Sequence record: PP712906.1
Direction: 5' to 3' (one strand)
DNA length: 64,000 bases
How positions within the stretch are numbered: position 1 is the first letter of the stretch; every line of letters starts with the position of its first letter. Below the pieces are notes generated by a model. It saw only the letters and a program-made list of their open reading frames with translations, was not told the origin of the DNA and ran no database searches. Below, one piece after another: positions 8,366 through 17,627 of the stretch. Made by a program: the position numbers and the translations under genes.

Positions 8366-8740
8366 ATGATGTCACCGAGAGTACTCGTTTGCGGCGGTCG
8401 CAAATTTAATGATCGAAAACTTGTTTATGCTGCGCTCGACAAGCTATACAATAGCAATTATATCGGTCGAATGACTATTATCGAGGGCGGCGCATTAGGC
8501 GCGGATCGACTTGCGCAAGATTGGGCGAATCAAGCGCACATCGACGTTGACTTAATAACATGCGAAGCTGAATGGGAAAAGTATGGCGACTCTGCGGGCT
8601 ATCGACGCAACAAAGACATGGCTGATCTCAGACCAGACATTTGTTTGGCATTTAAAGGTGGTCGTGGCACTCAGAACATGATAGACATCTGTCGAGAACG
8701 TTCAATCAAAGTGCATACAATCAATTGGAAATATAGATGA
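8366..8740 (+). CDS. SLOG superfamily protein (YspA/DUF2493-like)
   Basis: RVLVCGGRKF, IIEGGALGADRLAQDWA, AGYRRNKDM and AFKGGRGTQNMI. Confidence 0.8.
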   Translation: MMSPRVLVCGGRKFNDRKLVYAALDKLYNSNYIGRMTIIEGGALGADRLAQDWANQAHIDVDLITCEAEWEKYGDSAGYRRNKDMADLRPDICLAFKGGRGTQNMIDICRERSIKVHTINWKYR

Positions 8741-8751
8741 GGAAAAGATAA

Positions 8752-10017
8752 GTGGGTTTAACTAATTGCCAACAAGGCGCTATGGATGCATTTCTTGAAT
8801 CAGACGGTCACATGACTATCTCTGGTCCCGCTGGCTCTGGTAAGACATTCTTGATGAAATCAATTCTCGAAGCTCTTGAGTCGAAAGGGAAGAATGTCAC
8901 AATGGTGACACCAACTCACCAAGCAAAGAACGTACTGCATAAAGCAACTGGTCAAGAAGTCTCGACTATTCACAGTTTGCTGAAGATTCACCCAGACACA
9001 TACGAAGATCAAAAGCACTTCACACAATCAGGCGAAGTTGAAGGTCTAGACGAAATCGACGTGCTTGTTGTCGAAGAAGCAAGTATGGTTGATGAAGAGC
9101 TATTTCAAATCACTGGTAGAACAATGCCACGCAAGTGTCGCATTCTAGCAGTTGGTGACAAATATCAGCTTCAGCCAGTTAAGCACGACCCTGGTGTTAT
9201 CTCACCATTCTTCACTAAGTTCACCACGTTTGAAATGAATGAAGTCGTGCGACAAGCGAAAGACAATCCGCTGATTCAAGTAGCAACTGAAGTACGAAAC
9301 GGTCAATGGCTACGCACTAACTGGTCGAAAGAACGTCGTCAAGGTGTGCTGCACGTGCCTAACGTGAACAAAATGCTAGACACATACTTGAGCAAAGTGA
9401 ACAGCCCTGAAGATCTGCTTGACTATCGCATTCTCGCGTACACAAACGATTGTGTTGATACGTTCAACGGCATCATTCGTGAACACGTGTACAACACGTC
9501 AGAGCCATTCATTCCCGGTGAATATCTCGTGACTCAAATGCCAGTAATGGTTTCAAACGGAAAATATCCTGTTTGTGTCATTGAAAATGGTGAAGTTGTT
9601 AAGATTCTAGACGTTCGCCAGAAGACTATCGACGGAATGCTACCAAAAGTAGACAATGAAGCGTTTGATGTTGCTGTGCTGACTGTTGAGAAAGAAGATG
9701 GCAACGTGTATGAGTTCACAGTACTGTGGGATGACCTACAGAAAGAGCGTTTTGCTCGTTACTTGTCTGTTGCTGCTGGTACTTACAAGTCAATGCGTGG
9801 TAATACAAAGCGTTACTGGCGTGCTTTCTGGGGTTTGAAAGAGCAAATGATTGAAACTAAGTCTCTTGGTGCGTCAACTGTTCACAAATCGCAAGGTACA
9901 ACTGTCAAAGGCGTGTGCTTGTACACTCAAGACATGGGATACGCTGAGCCAGAGATTCTACAGCAATTGGTCTACGTTGGGTTGACTCGACCTACTGATT
10001 GGGCATTATACAATTAA
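8752..10017 (+). CDS. dda: Dda-like SF1B DNA helicase
   Basis: GPAGSGKT, PTHQAK, STIHSLLK, VVEEASMVD, GDKYQLQPV, RQA and STVHKSQG..YVGLTR; GTG start. Confidence 0.93.
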   Translation: MGLTNCQQGAMDAFLESDGHMTISGPAGSGKTFLMKSILEALESKGKNVTMVTPTHQAKNVLHKATGQEVSTIHSLLKIHPDTYEDQKHFTQSGEVEGLDEIDVLVVEEASMVDEELFQITGRTMPRKCRILAVGDKYQLQPVKHDPGVISPFFTKFTTFEMNEVVRQAKDNPLIQVATEVRNGQWLRTNWSKERRQGVLHVPNVNKMLDTYLSKVNSPEDLLDYRILAYTNDCVDTFNGIIREHVYNTSEPFIPGEYLVTQMPVMVSNGKYPVCVIENGEVVKILDVRQKTIDGMLPKVDNEAFDVAVLTVEKEDGNVYEFTVLWDDLQKERFARYLSVAAGTYKSMRGNTKRYWRAFWGLKEQMIETKSLGASTVHKSQGTTVKGVCLYTQDMGYAEPEILQQLVYVGLTRPTDWALYN

Positions 10018-10030
10018 TTTCAAAAAGTAG

Positions 10031-10076
10031 TTGACAGAGCGTGTGAGTGGCTGTAATATGTCACTCAACGCCTAAC
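10031..10076 (+). promoter_or_regulatory. early promoter with the -10 box inside an inverted repeat (copy A)
   Basis: TTGACA - 17 - TAATAT; GAGTGGC...GTCACTC flanks the -10. Confidence 0.8.
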
Positions 10077-10095
10077 AAAACAAGAGAACAAAATC

Positions 10096-10425
10096 ATGAA
10101 ATTTAAACTACCAACGTTTACACGACCTAACTGGCTCGACAACACAATCATTCTTGCTGAAGAAGCAAAATCACATCCGCGCATCACTGCTGCTGTTCTT
10201 GTTGCTGTATTAGCAATGGGTTATGTGACTTACACCCGTGTGCCTGCAATTGCATCGTGTACGTGGACTGCTGTTGTTGATCAATCAGTGCCGTGGGACT
10301 TGTGGCGTCATAACATGTGGAACAACAACTGTCAGTACTACAATGGTACACGTTGGATTGCACTTGAAAAAGTCATGGACGTCGGTGCAGGTCACACTGA
10401 AGAGCTTGAGGATCTAGCACAATGA
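10096..10425 (+). CDS. hypothetical membrane-anchored protein
   Basis: ORF with one TM segment. Confidence 0.75.
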   Translation: MKFKLPTFTRPNWLDNTIILAEEAKSHPRITAAVLVAVLAMGYVTYTRVPAIASCTWTAVVDQSVPWDLWRHNMWNNNCQYYNGTRWIALEKVMDVGAGHTEELEDLAQ

Positions 10426-10601
10426 TCTTAGCAACGGCTGAAGAAGTGCAAGAATACTTAGACAAAGCGCGTGCATGGTTATGCACGCCGTCTGGTAGAA
10501 TGTTCAATGATTGTAAGTCTGTTGCTCGTACTGCATACGCTGAAGCACTAGCAAATGTAGACGGTAAAACTATCTACAATCTGAGACAAACAGAAAATTA
10601 A
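10422..10601 (+). CDS. small hypothetical protein (59 aa)
   Basis: ATGA overlap, read by hand (MILATAEEVQEYL...). Confidence 0.6.
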   Translation: MILATAEEVQEYLDKARAWLCTPSGRMFNDCKSVARTAYAEALANVDGKTIYNLRQTEN

Positions 10602-10668
10602 CAACATATTCATATTATATTAATGAATATTATATAACATTTCGATAAATACAAGTGAGTGAAATATA

Positions 10669-11430
10669 ATGAGTATTGCAACTACATCTGGTCATCGCTT
10701 TGGTATGCTTGTTGAATCAATTGCAACGGGCTTACGTGGTACTGTAATTGGTATCACACAATGTATCGCGGGGTGCGAACTGCTTGAAGTTCAGTCAAAA
10801 GACAACAAAGGCATCGCCCGAACACACGTTTTTAGCTCAAAACTGGTTGAAATTATCAATTCTGACCGTGTAGATGAGTACGAAGCTATCTTTGCCGAGA
10901 CTAATACGACTATGCCGATTCGTCTTGGTGATGAAGTAGAAGACACAGTTTCAGAAGCGAAAGGGATCGTAACTGAAATTCAATACTCAGTGAATGCAGC
11001 ACCGAATGTGCTTTTGATCAAGCCATACTCAGAGCATGAAACGAATATTTATGCATCTGCGCGGGTCATTAGCTGTAAGAAAACGGGTCACTCGATTCAC
11101 GATAAGATCATCAACAATCGTTTAAAACGTGAGCGTGATGAGCTTAAAGTGGAGCTGCTGCAAAAAGCTCGATGCATGGCAACTGGCGCGACTGGCTTAG
11201 TCACTGCCATTTTCAATCAAGCTAGTGGAACAGTCTCAGTTGGCATTCAGCCCGTGAGTAAAGAGGGACGACTACTCGATACTCATTATACTGACATTGA
11301 ATTAGTCGAAATCATCACTGAAGAAGCAAAGCAAATCGTTCAACCGAAAGAGACAAAGCTGAAGAAAAGTGGCTCACTGCGCTCTCATGAACTGTCTTCG
11401 CTGAAACGCAGTGGTATGCATACAGTGTAA
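10669..11430 (+). CDS. protein with three tandem SH3-like repeats
   Basis: Three copies of a (L/F)G..V.....G..G.V..I motif. Confidence 0.65.
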   Translation: MSIATTSGHRFGMLVESIATGLRGTVIGITQCIAGCELLEVQSKDNKGIARTHVFSSKLVEIINSDRVDEYEAIFAETNTTMPIRLGDEVEDTVSEAKGIVTEIQYSVNAAPNVLLIKPYSEHETNIYASARVISCKKTGHSIHDKIINNRLKRERDELKVELLQKARCMATGATGLVTAIFNQASGTVSVGIQPVSKEGRLLDTHYTDIELVEIITEEAKQIVQPKETKLKKSGSLRSHELSSLKRSGMHTV

Positions 11431-11493
11431 GAAAACAAACTCGCGTTACATATGTTGCACGTGTGCAGGTAATTTAGCACAAGGAAGCACATT

Positions 11494-11961
11494 ATGAAAA
11501 TCGCATTGTTATTATTGACTGTGGCTTTACTGCCACAAATAGCGAACGCTCACGTTCATGACGATTGGATGACAGTTCACCGCGTGGATGTTCGCACTCA
11601 TGAGCTAATACATACAGCAAGTACGACCTCAACCAATCATCTTGCTGTCCTCAGCATTGACTGTGATAAGTCAGTCACGTTATATGAAGCAAGAGACTAT
11701 TTGATTGCCTCGAATCCGGATGACGTTTGGTATTCTATCGACGGAAATCCATATGTGCGAATCAAAAACGATCAGCTTAAACATCAAGCGTCTGTTACTA
11801 CCTTTGTCGGTAGTATCAAAGCGATTGAGACACTTAAAACAGGCAATGAACTCGAATATGTTGTTAACAACAACGTTCGAGGAGTGAAATATTCGTATCA
11901 CTTCAGTCTGAAAGGAATGAATGATGCATACGAAGCATTAGGTGAATTATGTAAGTGGTAA
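11494..11961 (+). CDS. exported protein
   Basis: Signal peptide MKIALLLLTVALLPQIANA; AGGAAG RBS. Confidence 0.75.
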   Translation: MKIALLLLTVALLPQIANAHVHDDWMTVHRVDVRTHELIHTASTTSTNHLAVLSIDCDKSVTLYEARDYLIASNPDDVWYSIDGNPYVRIKNDQLKHQASVTTFVGSIKAIETLKTGNELEYVVNNNVRGVKYSYHFSLKGMNDAYEALGELCKW

Positions 11962-11965
11962 CACT

Positions 11966-12484
11966 ATGAAAATTATATTCTTGGATATTGACGGCGTTCT
12001 AAACAATGCTTTAGAAGCCGATGAGCACAAGGACGTGCTACTTAATGGTGAGTATCAGGGGATTTATTCTCCTCGATGCGTAGACCGCTTAAACGATCTC
12101 GTTGAAATGACTGACGCACGCATTGTCCTTACCAGTGTGTGGCGTTGTGGTCTGTCAATTGATGAGATCAACACAGTGCTTCGAGCCATGGGAGTCAACG
12201 CTGAATGCATTGGTAAAACCGATATGCTCGATCACAAATACTCATGGGCGTTTCGTGGCAATGAGATTCTTAAATGGATTCATGACAACGAAGAGCTTAT
12301 TGGTAAACGTAGATACGAGTATCGAAGCTATGTCATCTTAGATGATGACACTGATATGCTGTTATGGCAACGTCATAACTATGTAAACTGCGACCCTGAG
12401 ATTGGCATGACTGATCGCGTGGTCGCAAAAGCTGCTGCAATACTGAATAACGCACCTTGTACCGATACTGGTCAAGAGTTTTAA
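11966..12484 (+). CDS. HAD phosphatase, Swiss-army-knife RNA repair type (HAD_SAK_2-like)
   Basis: KIIFLDIDGVLN, IVLTSVWR, RGNEILKWI and YVILDDD. Confidence 0.82.
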   Translation: MKIIFLDIDGVLNNALEADEHKDVLLNGEYQGIYSPRCVDRLNDLVEMTDARIVLTSVWRCGLSIDEINTVLRAMGVNAECIGKTDMLDHKYSWAFRGNEILKWIHDNEELIGKRRYEYRSYVILDDDTDMLLWQRHNYVNCDPEIGMTDRVVAKAAAILNNAPCTDTGQEF

Positions 12485-12490
12485 AAGTAG

Positions 12491-12518
12491 TTGACACGCA
12501 CAATAAAAGATGTAATAA
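12491..12518 (+). promoter_or_regulatory. early promoter of natV
   Basis: AAAAGTAGTTGACA followed by a TAATAAT region, as in the other early promoters. Confidence 0.6.
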
Positions 12519-12557
12519 TCTAATCTCAATCAACAATGACAAAATGGGGAGCCCAAC

Positions 12558-13583
12558 ATGTCACACGCAATCTTTATCGGACGTTTTCGTCCATTCCACA
12601 ACGGTCATCTATCTGCAATCACTCAAGCATTCGACGCTCTTGACCTAGACAAGATGACTATCTTAATCGGTAGCTCTAACCGACATCGTTCAGTTAAAAA
12701 CCCATTCGTGTTCGAAGAAGTACGCGATATGATGGGTGTTGCATTGCCTGATCACATTCGAAGCAAAGTTCGCTTTGTTCCGCTTGGTGATTACGCGAAA
12801 GACGACGTTTGGCAGTCAAATGTTCGTTCTCGTGCAAGAGGCGCAACTCACATCGTTGGTTACGACAAAGACGAAAGCAGCTACTACCTCAAGCTATTCC
12901 CTGAGCTAAAGCTATTTCAACCTGAACCAGTGAAGATGTATAACAAAGTTATCTCTGCAACTGACTTCAGAGAACTGTACTTCAGCGAGATTCTACTGAA
13001 TCACCCTGTAATGTCTGGTCTTATCCCTAAAGAAACGATGATGTTTCTTGATAACTGGAGCAAAACAGAGTTTTTCACTGAAATGAAAGCTGAATACGAT
13101 AGCTCAGTGCGCGAAATCGAGAAGTTTAAAGACTATCCTTACCAAGGTCACTTGAATATCGCGTGTGCTGATAACGTTGTTACGTGTGCAGGTCATGTTC
13201 TTCTTGTTGAGCGTAAGTTCAACCCAGGCAAAGGCTGTTTAGCATTACCTGGCGGGCATAAGCATGAGAAAGAAACATTCTTAGATGCTGCGATTCGTGA
13301 ACTGCAAGAAGAAACTAATATCAAAGTACCTGAAAAAGTACTGCGTGGCTCGCTTGTGGGTGAAAAGATGTTCGATAATCCAAATCGCTCTTACCCTCAC
13401 ACTCGCATCACAATGGCATATCACTTGAAAGTGCAGCCAAACCCAGACAACACTTTCCCGAAAGTGAAACCTGCTGATGATGCTGTATCAGCGAAATGGT
13501 ATCCACTGAGTGAAGTGCGCGACATGCAAGAACGTTTGTATGACGATCACTACCAAATCATTCAGTATTTCACTGGCATCTAA
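12558..13583 (+). CDS. natV: bifunctional NMN adenylyltransferase / ADP-ribose Nudix hydrolase (NadM-Nudix)
   Basis: IGRFRPFHNGH and SATDFRE; Nudix box LPGGH..E....DAAIRELQEET; ADDA..AKW and DDHYQII. Confidence 0.93.
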   Translation: MSHAIFIGRFRPFHNGHLSAITQAFDALDLDKMTILIGSSNRHRSVKNPFVFEEVRDMMGVALPDHIRSKVRFVPLGDYAKDDVWQSNVRSRARGATHIVGYDKDESSYYLKLFPELKLFQPEPVKMYNKVISATDFRELYFSEILLNHPVMSGLIPKETMMFLDNWSKTEFFTEMKAEYDSSVREIEKFKDYPYQGHLNIACADNVVTCAGHVLLVERKFNPGKGCLALPGGHKHEKETFLDAAIRELQEETNIKVPEKVLRGSLVGEKMFDNPNRSYPHTRITMAYHLKVQPNPDNTFPKVKPADDAVSAKWYPLSEVRDMQERLYDDHYQIIQYFTGI

Positions 13584-13621
13584 TGACTAATGGGGCAGCA
13601 ATGCCCCTTTGAGGAAATATT

Positions 13622-13897
13622 ATGAACATCAATCTGCTTATTCGCAATGAAGTGAAGAACAACACGAGTCGTTACGCTACTGCATACGACATCATGGACG
13701 ATATGCTTGAGAAGTTCCCTCAAGCGCGTGCCTCTGCTGCGAAAAACGATGGAACAATGAAGAACAGCACACTGAGACGTGAAATCGCTCGTGCTCTTGA
13801 TAACTCAAGCAACTGGAAAGCAATCGGCAAGACCGAGACTGGTCGTAAACTATACGAACGCTTACCTAATGGCAATTCACTAGAGAACTTTGTATGA
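13622..13897 (+). CDS. hypothetical protein
   Basis: ORF with GAGG RBS. Confidence 0.7.
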   Translation: MNINLLIRNEVKNNTSRYATAYDIMDDMLEKFPQARASAAKNDGTMKNSTLRREIARALDNSSNWKAIGKTETGRKLYERLPNGNSLENFV

Positions 13898-14520
13898 ACG
13901 CATATGACTTAGTAAGAAAAATGCAAAAGGTTGTTAACTCTTGCGAGACAATTGAACAACTACGTAATGCAAGAAAGTATCTCATGCGCTGTCAAGACTA
14001 TGCACTAGATGGTGGCAATGACAATTACATCACTACTATCATGGTAGAAGTTGATGACTTAGATGAACGCATTACCAATAAGATCGTTGAGTTGTCTGAT
14101 ACTCGTGGCATGAACGCTATCGAAACTGGCATTATCAAAGTCGGCATTGATATTCATGGAGTCATTGACCAATCACCAGAGTTCTTCGCGCTGTTAAGCA
14201 AACTACCAGTTGAAGTGCATATCATCACTGGCATTAAAGAAGAACTCGACACTGATGTACCAGATGACTTAGAGTACGATCACTGGTTCTCGATCCATCA
14301 AGAGTGTGAAGATCGCGGCGTTGAAATCAAATACGACGAGAAAGGGCGCCCATGGGTTGATGATGAAATCTGGAACAACATGAAAGCTGAATACTGCCAA
14401 GAGAACAACATCAATATCATGATCGATGACTCACCAACGTATGCTAAAACATTCGAAGGTCTTGATACTTTCTATCTACAACTAACCAATACTGTTCGTG
14501 ATGAATGGAGACGCAAATGA
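13894..14520 (+). CDS. HAD-like protein with N-terminal extension
   Basis: VGIDIHGVID...IITG...IMIDDSP. Confidence 0.6.
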   Translation: MNAYDLVRKMQKVVNSCETIEQLRNARKYLMRCQDYALDGGNDNYITTIMVEVDDLDERITNKIVELSDTRGMNAIETGIIKVGIDIHGVIDQSPEFFALLSKLPVEVHIITGIKEELDTDVPDDLEYDHWFSIHQECEDRGVEIKYDEKGRPWVDDEIWNNMKAEYCQENNINIMIDDSPTYAKTFEGLDTFYLQLTNTVRDEWRRK

Positions 14521-14702
14521 AATCATTCGGAATTATAGACCGTGAAGGCAGACATCTACTTGAACTCGATGTTGACAATGAACTAAAAGTCATGGCAATC
14601 TTCTCTGAAATTGAAGATGCTCATCGTGTGCTGTACAAATTTGGCTTTGATAAGCAAGGCTTTCGCGTAATCGAACTAAAACCACTTGAGAAGAAAGTAT
14701 GA
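14517..14702 (+). CDS. hypothetical protein
   Basis: ATGA-coupled ORF. Confidence 0.65.
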   Translation: MKSFGIIDREGRHLLELDVDNELKVMAIFSEIEDAHRVLYKFGFDKQGFRVIELKPLEKKV

Positions 14703-14908
14703 ATGTAGCAAATGTAATGTCACAACACGCATCAATCCAATATGCGTTGATTAGCTATCTTGATGCTCAATACGACGGCGAAGGTCATATCGAATATGCT
14801 GAATACTTCGAAGACATTCAAGCGTGGGAAGTTCAATACTATGATGGTGAGTTCTTACATGAGCTAACCGTTACTGCACAAGCAATTGAGACATGGATGA
14901 ACAAATGA
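14699..14908 (+). CDS. small acidic protein, paralog 1
   Basis: ATGA-coupled; similar to the next two ORFs. Confidence 0.7.
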   Translation: MNVANVMSQHASIQYALISYLDAQYDGEGHIEYAEYFEDIQAWEVQYYDGEFLHELTVTAQAIETWMNK

Positions 14909-15111
14909 TTGACCAAACAATGTCAGACTACAGTCGCATCATGAATGCAATCGAAGAATATTTGGACTTACGTTCTTATCAATACACTGATGTCATTCAA
15001 TATGATAAAGAACGTAAAGGCTTTGATGTCGCGATTGTTGAAGAAACTGAAAACGGATCCGAATACCTAGATGTATTCGTGCCAAACGAAAGGCTAGAAA
15101 CATTCCTATGA
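14905..15111 (+). CDS. small acidic protein, paralog 2
   Basis: ATGA-coupled. Confidence 0.7.
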   Translation: MIDQTMSDYSRIMNAIEEYLDLRSYQYTDVIQYDKERKGFDVAIVEETENGSEYLDVFVPNERLETFL

Positions 15112-15341
15112 ATATAAACGATGTAATGATCTCGCACGAGCAAATCATGAAGTCATTGCATCGTGTCATAGAAAGTCGCACTGATAATCGCGTTGTCGAA
15201 ATCACTTACGATAAAGACAAAATGTATTTCATTGTGACTCTAAGCTCATCCGATGCCGTTGCTGATGAAATCTATCAATGGAACATGAAAGTCACCAACG
15301 AAACAATAGTCAATCAAATGCACATGGAGAAGTTCAGATGA
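15108..15341 (+). CDS. small protein, paralog 3
   Basis: ATGA-coupled. Confidence 0.7.
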   Translation: MNINDVMISHEQIMKSLHRVIESRTDNRVVEITYDKDKMYFIVTLSSSDAVADEIYQWNMKVTNETIVNQMHMEKFR

Positions 15342-15511
15342 AACTACCAGAATACTTGAGCCACGTTACTGTAAAAGAAAACGTAATCATAATCGACTCA
15401 GCAAGAGATAAAGCACTGGTCGTCGATTATCTAACATCAATCAAAGCACGCTTCCATATAGTTCAAAAGACTATTAGCCGCTGCGAAATCCACGTGAAGA
15501 GAACATCATGA
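15338..15511 (+). CDS. hypothetical protein
   Basis: ATGA-coupled on both sides. Confidence 0.6.
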   Translation: MKLPEYLSHVTVKENVIIIDSARDKALVVDYLTSIKARFHIVQKTISRCEIHVKRTS

Positions 15512-15837
15512 AAGAACTACTGAACACACTATCTAAAACTGAAATCGAAATCGCTAAACAGTTCGGTCTCGACCATCTATGGCACGGACTAGTAGACTGC
15601 ACTAATAGCGTATTCGCAGCCGATAACGATGATCTTCTAAAAGCACGTGACTTCCAATACGCTGATACAGAGAAAGCAATCACAGAAGGCGACTGCTATG
15701 GCATTGAAGTATACGGCACAAGCGTATGGCTATCAAAAGATGGTCAATACGTTTTGACTGTAGCTGATGACGGCTGTGGAAATCGAGACTTCTATATCTT
15801 CGATGCGTCTAAGCACTCAGATTGCGAAATGTACTAA
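15508..15837 (+). CDS. hypothetical protein
   Basis: ATGA-coupled ORF. Confidence 0.7.
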   Translation: MKELLNTLSKTEIEIAKQFGLDHLWHGLVDCTNSVFAADNDDLLKARDFQYADTEKAITEGDCYGIEVYGTSVWLSKDGQYVLTVADDGCGNRDFYIFDASKHSDCEMY

Positions 15838-15850
15838 AAACAAATAAAAA

Positions 15851-15915
15851 GGGTTGACAGATGTCAGCCCTTTCGCGTATCATACAACTACTGAAACGAA
15901 ACAAAGGAAAACATT
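15851..15915 (+). promoter_or_regulatory. terminator/early-promoter cassette
   Basis: GGGTTGAC-AGAT-GTCAGCCC-TTT; TATCAT at 15878. Confidence 0.8.
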
Positions 15916-16107
15916 ATGACCATCGTAACTATGCTAGGCGCAGTAATGTTCGTGATTATGCTACTCGTGCTAGTAAACGAAATGCATCCATTCATGTCAG
16001 AAGAAAACAAAACAATGGCACTGACGTTCGCCGTAGCTATCAGCTTAATCAATCTGTTCTTTATTACAAAGTACGCAAGCTTATTCCAATTACTACTGGA
16101 GAAATAA
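15916..16107 (+). CDS. small 2-TM membrane protein
   Basis: Hydrophobic ORF behind the cassette. Confidence 0.7.
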   Translation: MTIVTMLGAVMFVIMLLVLVNEMHPFMSEENKTMALTFAVAISLINLFFITKYASLFQLLLEK

Positions 16108-16110
16108 ATC

Positions 16111-16266
16111 ATGTCACTAACAGCTATGCTTCTGATATTACTATGCTGTGCAATACTAACTGGCATTAGTGTATTCAGCTTCATCAACAAACCAGGAATT
16201 TTTAGCTTACTGTTCTCATTCGTATTCGGCACAGTATCTTATATCATGCTAATGGCTATCGTATGA
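16111..16266 (+). CDS. small membrane protein (51 aa)
   Basis: Read by hand (MSLTAMLLILLCC...); GGAG RBS; ATGA overlap downstream. Confidence 0.55.
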   Translation: MSLTAMLLILLCCAILTGISVFSFINKPGIFSLLFSFVFGTVSYIMLMAIV

Positions 16267-16595
16267 GCGCAATGCTAATGATGCAAATCGGTGTATCTCT
16301 AATGATATTCGGCATCGCTCTACTCGTGCTCGGCAATATCACTATATGGTTTAAACGTAGAGAGAAAACTATGACACAAACAACTCAAACAATCCGCGCT
16401 GTCTGTATCGACAATCAATCAACTCGTATAGACAAACCAGAACCGCCTACTGGCTTGACAGAAGGCAAAGAGTATGTCGTTCACATGTATAACGTAAACG
16501 AACATATCAACAAACCACCTATGATTCGTATCACTAACGATCTAGGTCAACGAGCAAGCTATGTCGCTGCTCGATTCAATCTAATAGTAGGATAA
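16263..16595 (+). CDS. hypothetical membrane-anchored protein
   Basis: ORF with an N-terminal TM segment. Confidence 0.65.
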   Translation: MSAMLMMQIGVSLMIFGIALLVLGNITIWFKRREKTMTQTTQTIRAVCIDNQSTRIDKPEPPTGLTEGKEYVVHMYNVNEHINKPPMIRITNDLGQRASYVAARFNLIVG

Positions 16596-16598
16596 AAC

Positions 16599-16766
16599 AT
16601 GTTCGCACTATCACTCTTAATGCTTATTCTCGTTGTATATCTGTTTGTAACCGATAAAACAAAACGCACAATTCCTTTCATGATACTGCTAATAGCAACT
16701 GCGTTTAACTCTATCATACACTATTACCTCATGGATATTCTCTCATTGAGCGTTAGTCTATCGTAA
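16599..16766 (+). CDS. small membrane protein (55 aa)
   Basis: Read by hand (MFALSLLMLILVV...); AGGA RBS. Confidence 0.55.
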   Translation: MFALSLLMLILVVYLFVTDKTKRTIPFMILLIATAFNSIIHYYLMDILSLSVSLS

Positions 16767-16769
16767 TAG

Positions 16770-17160
16770 CTTCTATCAGATAGTACCTAAAAACCGCTTA
16801 GAATGCGATTCAGAACGTCTCAGAGCATGGTGCAATGCATATTGTTTTTAATATATCGCACCATGCCTCGTTAAAATCATCTTGGTAAGGAAAACCGTGT
16901 AAAAAGCCAGTTGGTCAGATACGGTAAGTTACTGAAAAAACTTCGGAAATACACGATTTTAATCAGTTGAAAGACTATGCTGCAACACGTGTGTAATATA
17001 GTGAAAAAATCGGTGAACCCTCATCGGCTCCTGTGTAGTAAAATGCAGTTGCGGATGGTACTCGCCTTATGAAAATCTAAATCGCTTCGCATCTTTCTGC
17101 TTGACAGCCAATGCCATTCTGTGAGAGAATGAGAAGAGATTTGAACCGCCGACGGAGGTA
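16770..17160. other. largest non-coding gap; candidate replication origin
   Basis: No credible ORF; hairpin GCATGGTGC/GCACCATGC; A-tracts; GC skew changes sign across the gap. Confidence 0.5.
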
Positions 17161-17163
17161 ATT

Positions 17164-17310
17164 GTGATTACATTGGCGTTATTTTATATGAGTCGCGACA
17201 TGCAATACAGTGAGCGACCAAGTGACTTGTATCTCGGTACATGTATTTTAGACTTTGCATTAATCATTACGTTGTTCTGTGGTGTAATGATGTTCACGGG
17301 GAATTGGTAA
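17164..17310 (+). CDS. small membrane protein (48 aa)
   Basis: GGAGGT RBS, GTG start, TAATG overlap with the next gene. Confidence 0.55.
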   Translation: MITLALFYMSRDMQYSERPSDLYLGTCILDFALIITLFCGVMMFTGNW

Positions 17311-17618
17311 TGAGACGATTTAAACTAGGTAATCTCTTACGCGGTGGCTTTGCTGGTGATTTTGAGACGATAGAAGAAGCATGGGAGAAGCTTGGTTCAC
17401 GCTTTCTACTGTCATTTCCGTGTGATGCATGGTCAAAAGAGCGTGGTGTTTACATCAATGAAGACGGCGGTCGGCATGTTTACATGTATGTAAAAGAAGA
17501 GAACAAGTATGGTCATCTTGATTGGGCTATGTGTAAAGGTGATGTGTTTTATATGAAAGACCGTGTGCCGGTTACTGCTGACGATTATGAATACTGTCGT
17601 GATGCTGAATTTTTCTAA
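17310..17618 (+). CDS. hypothetical protein
   Basis: Start reassigned to MRRFKLG. Confidence 0.7.
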   Translation: MRRFKLGNLLRGGFAGDFETIEEAWEKLGSRFLLSFPCDAWSKERGVYINEDGGRHVYMYVKEENKYGHLDWAMCKGDVFYMKDRVPVTADDYEYCRDAEFF

Positions 17619-17627
17619 GGGTTAAAG

